Part shown: positions 58,008 through 64,000 of the stretch, piece after piece
Position numbering within the stretch: the stretch's first letter is position 1
How the letters are laid out: each line of letters begins with the position of its first letter
Origin: Candidatus Latescibacterota bacterium
Lineage (GTDB): Bacteria > Latescibacterota > UBA2968 > GCA-2709665
Length of the DNA: 64,000 nt
Direction of reading: 5' to 3'
Assembly (NCBI GenBank): GCA_965203805.1
Contig: OZ241917.1
Span: 4,224,001-4,288,000, forward strand
Position numbers and translations under genes: made by a program
Notes under the pieces: model-generated
The model's input: only the letters and a program-made list of their open reading frames with translations
Told to the model about the DNA's origin: nothing
Database searches by the model: none

Positions 58008-58508
58008 ATGACCGCTGCGCTGATGACAGATTCCGACCAGAAAGAAGCGCTGTCTTTTGTCTATGTACGCGCGGTCGCGGCGCGGGCAGGTTATGTCATA
58101 GGCCGCTCTGAACTGGACCGGGACAGCATAGACTTGAGGATTGAATCGGGTGAGCCGATGCGCCCTGCGCTCGATTTGCAATTGAAAGCAACGGCAAATC
58201 TAAATGGACGGGATGACTGTTACTTTCGATTTACTTTGAATCGGAAGAACTACGACGATCTGCGCATACCAACTCAGACTCCGAGGTTGCTCGTGGTGCT
58301 AGACTTGCCGAGAAGAAGGGACCAGTGGGTGACGATCACCGAAGATAGACTGGTGCTTAGGCGCCGTGCCTATTGGTTGAGTCTGGTCGGTCGTCCGCAA
58401 ACGGACAACCAAGTGTCGGTGACGGTTCAGATACCGCGAAGAAATGTGTTTGACGTCAATGGTCTGCGAACGCTCATGGATCAGTCAAGAGAAGGGAGAA
58501 TCCAATGA
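58008..58508 (+). CDS. DUF4365 family PD-(D/E)xK nuclease-like protein
   Basis: DRDSID..LQLKAT..YDDLR..AYWLSL. Confidence 0.8.
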   Translation: MTAALMTDSDQKEALSFVYVRAVAARAGYVIGRSELDRDSIDLRIESGEPMRPALDLQLKATANLNGRDDCYFRFTLNRKNYDDLRIPTQTPRLLVVLDLPRRRDQWVTITEDRLVLRRRAYWLSLVGRPQTDNQVSVTVQIPRRNVFDVNGLRTLMDQSREGRIQ

Positions 58509-59641
58509 GGGTTAGCATTAGAGACCTCAAGCCGTTGAAAGAGATTTCGCCTGCGGCTCTGTCGACATATGCTCAAGCTGCGGGATGGACCCGCACGAGC
58601 AGCTATGGTGAATATTCAGACATATACGCGTCGGACGGATTACCCGAAATCATCTTGCCGCGGACTCAACACTTGGGTGATTATACCAGCGTCGTATCGC
58701 GACTCATTGGAATTTTCGCAGATGTCGCCGGTTCCGATGAACTTTCTCTGTACCGCGACCTGGTTACTGCCGACCGCGATCTCATTCGCGTGCGGGCAGC
58801 AGATGACGGCGAGGGAGCAGTGTCGATTGGCGACGGGATTGACCTTGTCTGTGGCGCATACGATATGATCCTGGCGGCAGCCTGTTCTCTGTATAATCCG
58901 AAGTCGGTTTATCGCCCGGGCGCCAACAAGCGGGCCAGAGATTTTGTAAAAGCTTTAAGCATGGGGCAGACCGAGCAGGGGAGCTTTGTTGTTACGCTGC
59001 TTACTCCTGTGGTCTCGCCGCCCTTGCAGCAATCCGGCATATCGGATTTGAGGCACAACGACGACCCACTTGAGCGGAAAATGACAAGACGTCTTGCTAC
59101 TGCGTTGCAAGCCACACGGCGCGCAACGGAAAGATCGGTCGGAGGAAACACCGACGCCTTCCCGCTGGCTGTGAACAATGGTGTAAGCGCGAATCTCTGC
59201 GAAGCGCTTGCAAGGTTGGTCGAACCCTTTGTGTCGCTGGATGTCAGTATGACCTGGGCACGCACATATCCGATGAATACGGCGCGGGAGGTGGTTCGCT
59301 TTGACAAGGGTGATGCCGTGACTCTCCGCGCGGCTGCGAAGTTATTCCGTGATCATAAACCGCGCCCCAACGTCCGCCTCAGTGGCCCGGTGCACAGACT
59401 AATACGCTATGAGCAGGATTTCGGTACTATCGCGCTACGAGCGTCTATTGACAACCAAATGAAGTCAGTGGTTGCCGTTTTGAATCAAGCCGATTACGCA
59501 CTGGCGATCCAGGCTCACATGGAAAAGGCCTCGATCGTTGTAGACGGCGACCTAGACCGCTATGGTCAGCGCTGGCACCTGATGAATCCGCGGGTCGTCG
59601 CCCTCAATCCGCAAGAAAACTTGCAGGAAGAGGGAAAATGA
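58505..59641 (+). CDS. Hypothetical protein, DUF4365 partner
   Basis: ATGA-coupled on both sides; GQTEQGSFVV, GVSANLCEAL. Confidence 0.65.
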   Translation: MRVSIRDLKPLKEISPAALSTYAQAAGWTRTSSYGEYSDIYASDGLPEIILPRTQHLGDYTSVVSRLIGIFADVAGSDELSLYRDLVTADRDLIRVRAADDGEGAVSIGDGIDLVCGAYDMILAAACSLYNPKSVYRPGANKRARDFVKALSMGQTEQGSFVVTLLTPVVSPPLQQSGISDLRHNDDPLERKMTRRLATALQATRRATERSVGGNTDAFPLAVNNGVSANLCEALARLVEPFVSLDVSMTWARTYPMNTAREVVRFDKGDAVTLRAAAKLFRDHKPRPNVRLSGPVHRLIRYEQDFGTIALRASIDNQMKSVVAVLNQADYALAIQAHMEKASIVVDGDLDRYGQRWHLMNPRVVALNPQENLQEEGK

Positions 59642-61398
59642 GGTCAATCGATCCCGTCCACTCACTGGCATTTTCAATTCAGGCGAATCCCGGTGTCTAT
59701 GCCGTTCTTGTGGGCTCAGGCGTATCCCGGGCTGCGAAGATTCCGACGGGATGGGAGATCACGCTGGATTTGATCCGCAAGCTCGCGAAGCTTCATGGCG
59801 AGGAACCCGAACCAGATCCGGAACAGTGGTATCTGAAGGAATTCGATAAAGAGCCATCATACTCCGACTTGCTCGATGAACTCGCGAAGACGCAGGCCGA
59901 GCGACAACAGTTGCTCCGGGGATATTTCGAGCCGACTGACGAGGAGCGCGAGGAAGGGGCTAAAGCATCAACAGCAGCGCATCGGGCGATTGCCGCACTG
60001 AGCGCGAAAGGATTCGTAAGGGTCATCATCACGACGAACTTCGACCGACTCGTCGAAACCGCCTTGAATGACGTCGGGGTTGTACCTGCGATCCTCAGTT
60101 CGCCCGATCAGGTCAAAGGCGCCCTCCCGTTGATTCACACGAAGTGTTGCGTCTTCAAGGTAAATGGCGATTATCTCGATACCCGAATTCGAAATACCCC
60201 AGCCGAACTTGATGAGTATCCGAAAGAGTTTAACGAACTTCTGGATCGGATCTTCGACGAGTTCGGTGTTATCGTATGCGGATGGTCAGCGGAATGGGAC
60301 GGTGCATTGCGAAGCGCATTGATCCGAGCCCCCTCACGCCGATTTACCATGTACTGGGCGTCGAGGGGCGAACCAAGCGAAGAGGCACAACGGTTGATTG
60401 ACCATCGCCAAGCCAACTCGATTCTCATCGAAGATGCTGGTTCATTCTTCATGACTGTTCAGCAACACGTCGAATCCATTGAAGAATATTGTAAGCCCCA
60501 TCCGCTTTCCACCGAAGCTGCAGTGGCAAGTCTGGAACGATTACTTCCAGATCCTCGGTACCGAATTCAGTTGTCAAATCTAATCCAGGACGCAGTTGAG
60601 CGAGTTGTCAAAGTGACATCCGGCGAGGATTTCGCGGTGCAAGGTGGCCCGACTCCAGATCGTGAATCAGCCACTGCGCGTGTGCGAAAATACGACGACG
60701 CCTGCTCAACGTTGCTGGCAATGGCGACCGTGGGTGGTAACTGGGCGGAAGAGGAGCACGACAACATCTGGCAAAAGGCGTTGCAGCGTCTTGGTTCTAC
60801 TGAAACGACAGGTGGAGTTAGATTTTGGATTGAGTTAATGAAATATCCGGCCACGCTCCTGCTTTATGCGCTAGGGCTTGGTGCGGTTGAAGCCGGTCGC
60901 CTACGGTTTCTTGGAAATCTATTGGAGACTGAGATTTATAGACAACACGAAGAGAGTTTAGCTGCCGCACGGATGCTTCCACCATTTTGCATGTTTTATG
61001 AAGGCGGACAGATAATGCAGGCCCTGGAAGGCATGGGTGACCGCTACGCACCGCTGAACGACTGGATTCACGAAGTAATGCGAACACATGCCAAGCACAT
61101 CATCCCCGACGACAATCGCTACAGATTGGTTTTCGACAAGCTTGAAATTCTCATTGCACTTGGCTGTGCCTACCGAGACGATCGCGAGCCGGAATGGTAC
61201 TGGGCACCTCCCGGGGCATTCGGTTATAGAACTGAGAACATGCATCGGATCTTTAAAGAGATCAGACAATCCCTCTCGACCATGCAGAATGAATCCCCGT
61301 ATGTAAAGAGCGAAATTTTCGGAGAAACCTCGGATGAGTGTAAGCAGGGACTTGCGGATTTGGAGGCGTTTATATCGAAGTTGGGTTGGTGGAGATAA
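59638..61398 (+). CDS. SIR2-like (SIR2_2) domain protein
   Basis: VGSGVS..IPTGW, ITTNFD, KVNGD, VCGWS. Confidence 0.85.
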   Translation: MRSIDPVHSLAFSIQANPGVYAVLVGSGVSRAAKIPTGWEITLDLIRKLAKLHGEEPEPDPEQWYLKEFDKEPSYSDLLDELAKTQAERQQLLRGYFEPTDEEREEGAKASTAAHRAIAALSAKGFVRVIITTNFDRLVETALNDVGVVPAILSSPDQVKGALPLIHTKCCVFKVNGDYLDTRIRNTPAELDEYPKEFNELLDRIFDEFGVIVCGWSAEWDGALRSALIRAPSRRFTMYWASRGEPSEEAQRLIDHRQANSILIEDAGSFFMTVQQHVESIEEYCKPHPLSTEAAVASLERLLPDPRYRIQLSNLIQDAVERVVKVTSGEDFAVQGGPTPDRESATARVRKYDDACSTLLAMATVGGNWAEEEHDNIWQKALQRLGSTETTGGVRFWIELMKYPATLLLYALGLGAVEAGRLRFLGNLLETEIYRQHEESLAAARMLPPFCMFYEGGQIMQALEGMGDRYAPLNDWIHEVMRTHAKHIIPDDNRYRLVFDKLEILIALGCAYRDDREPEWYWAPPGAFGYRTENMHRIFKEIRQSLSTMQNESPYVKSEIFGETSDECKQGLADLEAFISKLGWWR

Positions 61399-61435
61399 TC
61401 TCGATGCCTGTCCTGTGCCGGAGGATCGTGCGCAT

Positions 61436-62416
61436 ATGATACCTGAAAATTTGGGAAAACTGGAGCGAGTTGACCTTCGTGAAGTATGGCGGAATGAAGC
61501 TGATGATTTCACGCCATGGTTGGCGACGCAACGAAACCTGGAGGATCTCGGAGAAACGCTCGGTATGCAGATAGAGTTTCAGGCGCGTGAGGAAGCCGTT
61601 GGTCCATATGCCGCGGACATATTGTGTAGAGATATCGACGACGATAGTTATGTCGTTATCGAAAACCAGCTTGAGGAAACGAACCATGATCATCTTGGAA
61701 AGCTTCTTACGTATGCGGCGCACTTCAAGGCGTCAACGGTGGTCTGGGTCGCGAAAGCCTTTACCGATCAGCACCGAGCAGCGATTGACTGGCTGAATGA
61801 AACCTCGGCCGAGGGGACCCAATTCTTCGCGTTGGAAATTGAGGTCTGGCGAATCGGTGAATCCGCGTACGCGCCGAAATTCAATATCGTGGCCAAACCG
61901 AACAACTGGACGAGGGGAGGGAGATCAACTGTCGCAAGTTTGACAGATACACGGCGAGTTCAGCTTGAATTCTGGAATGGATTTAATGACCACGTTTCAC
62001 GGTTTGGACAGCAGGTCAAACTTACTGGGAGTCCCAAGGCGGGACGCAGTATGGCCGCTGGCGGTTTGGGCGTACCGGGCTTCCTCCTCAGCGCTGTGGC
62101 ATCGACGCATTCCGAGACCAGGGGTTGGAATGGCCAGGAATTAAGGGCGGAACTGCACATCAACCAGGGGGAACTCTCAGACCAATATCTCGATCTTCTC
62201 AAGTCTCAAAGGACCGAGATCGAACGTGAGATGGGCGGAGAGCTGAACTGGTACAGTCCCGAGGATGCCAATGCCTGCAGAATATACTCTCGTAAGGATG
62301 TGAATCTATACGATCCAGATGCCCGCAACGAACAATACTCGTGGCTAGTGGATCAACTTGAGCGCCTCCGTCGGGTCTTTGAAGGGCGCATCCAAGAACT
62401 GGAGCCTGCTTCCTAA
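61436..62416 (+). CDS. NucS-like endonuclease + DUF4268 protein
   Basis: EADDFTPWL, ADIL..IENQL..HDHLGKLLTYAA; FW..F. Confidence 0.8.
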   Translation: MIPENLGKLERVDLREVWRNEADDFTPWLATQRNLEDLGETLGMQIEFQAREEAVGPYAADILCRDIDDDSYVVIENQLEETNHDHLGKLLTYAAHFKASTVVWVAKAFTDQHRAAIDWLNETSAEGTQFFALEIEVWRIGESAYAPKFNIVAKPNNWTRGGRSTVASLTDTRRVQLEFWNGFNDHVSRFGQQVKLTGSPKAGRSMAAGGLGVPGFLLSAVASTHSETRGWNGQELRAELHINQGELSDQYLDLLKSQRTEIEREMGGELNWYSPEDANACRIYSRKDVNLYDPDARNEQYSWLVDQLERLRRVFEGRIQELEPAS

Positions 62417-62548
62417 TGCATCGGGATGACACACGATTTTTATAGACACCCGTATGATAACGCTCCGGATGTGAAATGGTCATTGAAACCAAACGATCTA
62501 AGGGGATATTGAGCATTCACAAGATGGTTAATTAAGGCAGAAAGACGG

Positions 62549-62998
62549 ATGGCAGACCTCGACCTCACTCAAGCAGAAGCAGACGCGTTGATTGAAATGG
62601 AAAAACACCGGGTAAATGATGACCAGGCAAGCTTCCCGATGGGTGGCGAGTCCGTTGTTATCCCACTTCAGTCGGTCGAAAGGCGAGAGCAGTTCCTGCT
62701 CGACTTGAGTCGCGCGAGCATCAATCTTTCAAAAGTCAAAATGCAGACTCGCGGGCGGCAAGTCGTCGTGCTGGTTCGTCTCGATCTGGGTGGTGCGCCA
62801 CATCGAAATCCGGATGGCGAAGAAATACCCGTACCGCACGTCCACGTTTACCGCGAAGGCTACGGCGACAAGTGGGCGGTAGTTGTCCCCACGGACGGGT
62901 TCCTTGCTGTCGGTGATGCCTGGACGATGTACGAACAGTTTCTGCAGTTCTGCAACGTCACGCGACCGCCGAATGTCGTAAGGGAGCTTTTTACATGA
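62549..62998 (+). CDS. DUF6978-like protein
   Basis: [34 protein letters not shown]. Confidence 0.7.
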   Translation: MADLDLTQAEADALIEMEKHRVNDDQASFPMGGESVVIPLQSVERREQFLLDLSRASINLSKVKMQTRGRQVVVLVRLDLGGAPHRNPDGEEIPVPHVHVYREGYGDKWAVVVPTDGFLAVGDAWTMYEQFLQFCNVTRPPNVVRELFT

Positions 62999-63759
62999 TT
63001 CGAGAAATTCAGATTCTCATTGATGATTATTATGCTTGGCTCAAGGACAAGACAATCCTGAACCAAATCGACCAGTGGGTCGAGATTACCACGCCTTATT
63101 TGGATAGACACAACGACTACCTACAGATCTATGCGAGAGATGCGAACGGAGGCTTTGTGTTAACGGATGACGGATATACAATTGAGGATCTTGCCCAAAG
63201 TGGTTGCAATCTCGAAAGTCCCAAACGGCAAGATCTGCTGCAAATGACACTCAACGGTTTTGGAGTCCATAGAGACGGACGTGAGTTACAGGTCCTTGCA
63301 TCAGCCGACAACTTTGCGATCCGAAAACACAATCTCTTACAGGCGATGCTGGCCGTCAACGATATGTTCTATATGGCGGCACCCACGGTGGCGAACATCT
63401 TTTATGAAGATGTGGAAGCTTGGCTTGATCTCTACGATATTCGCCACACGCCAAAGGTGAAGTTTACAGGTCAAACGGGGTATGATCATCTCTTTGATTT
63501 CGTGATTCCGAAATCTCGGGAGCGGCCGGAGCGGCTCATACAGACAGTCAACCGCCCAAGTCGTTCAACCGCTCAGAACGTTGTACTTGCTTGGATTGAC
63601 ACAAAGGAAGTCCGCACGCCGGGGTCACGTGTGTACGCATTTCTGAACGATTCGGAAAGAAAGGTCGATCAGACAGTGATGGCCGCACTACGGAGCTACG
63701 ACGTCAGACCAGTGGTTTGGAGTCAGCGTGAAGACGCGAGAATGGAATTGGCGGCTTGA
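62995..63759 (+). CDS. DUF1828/DUF1829 domain protein
   Basis: [29 protein letters not shown]; ATGA overlap. Confidence 0.8.
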   Translation: MIREIQILIDDYYAWLKDKTILNQIDQWVEITTPYLDRHNDYLQIYARDANGGFVLTDDGYTIEDLAQSGCNLESPKRQDLLQMTLNGFGVHRDGRELQVLASADNFAIRKHNLLQAMLAVNDMFYMAAPTVANIFYEDVEAWLDLYDIRHTPKVKFTGQTGYDHLFDFVIPKSRERPERLIQTVNRPSRSTAQNVVLAWIDTKEVRTPGSRVYAFLNDSERKVDQTVMAALRSYDVRPVVWSQREDARMELAA

Positions 63760-63873
63760 ACATCGACGCGTGATTTTCGTCGTCGGTGCTATTGATTCAT
63801 CTCCATCTGCTCCATCACCCGCCGACTAAAAATCACTACCATTTACTCAATGTATTGAGTATAATTACTCATT

Positions 63874-64000
63874 ATGTTGAGTAAATTGTCATATACGCGT
63901 CCGCACGCGGAGGATCTGCTGCGTCGATTGCGTGAGCCGCGGCGTTTTATTCAGGTTGTCGCCGGGCCGAGGCAGGTGGGGAAGACGACCCTGATCACAC
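63874..64000 (+). CDS. AAA_14-type ATPase, 3'-truncated by the window edge
   Basis: MLSKLSYTRPH..FIQVVAGPRQVGKTT; preceded by ACTCA/TGAGT palindromes at 63841-63886. Confidence 0.75.
   Translation, partial: MLSKLSYTRPHAEDLLRRLREPRRFIQVVAGPRQVGKTTLIT

Noticed and set aside
1-64000. tRNA, rRNA, transposase or integrase genes
   Set aside because: None recognised by eye; tRNAscan/Infernal/ISEScan would be needed to exclude them formally.

Overview
Bacterial window with three parts. (1) nt 1-13.6 kb is a lower-GC (by eye) accessory island. It holds the 3' part of an Avs3a-like STAND anti-phage gene, a PhyH dioxygenase and a co-oriented minus-strand five-gene cluster: MORC/Hsp90-type GHKL ATPase, B12-radical-SAM paralogue lacking its Fe-S loop, intact B12-radical SAM, second GHKL ATPase with an AT-hook, and a Rossmann methyltransferase-like protein. 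I cannot assign this cluster to any described system, and it is the best candidate for a new DNA-modification or defence system. (2) nt 13.7-46.8 kb is GC-rich metabolic DNA: a putative glycan/GAG catabolic cluster, a His-attenuator-preceded MTase-hisI-hisG operon, sulfatase, TPP enzyme, PhyH enzymes, 1-Cys peroxiredoxin and a dimethylglycine oxidase-like gene. Heptamer-ended inverted-repeat elements lie in the intergenic spaces. (3) nt 47.5-64 kb is a plus-strand TA/defence array: Phd-VapC, DUF2442, ABC-ATPase+DUF4276, Fic, MmeI-like RM, HNH, HEPN-like, DUF4365-X-SIR2, DUF4268, DUF6978-DUF1828/1829 and AAA_14. Four copies of a 94-bp triple-hairpin element punctuate it. No rRNA, tRNA, CRISPR array, integrase or transposase was seen. 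All family calls come from motif recognition by eye, not from database searches.
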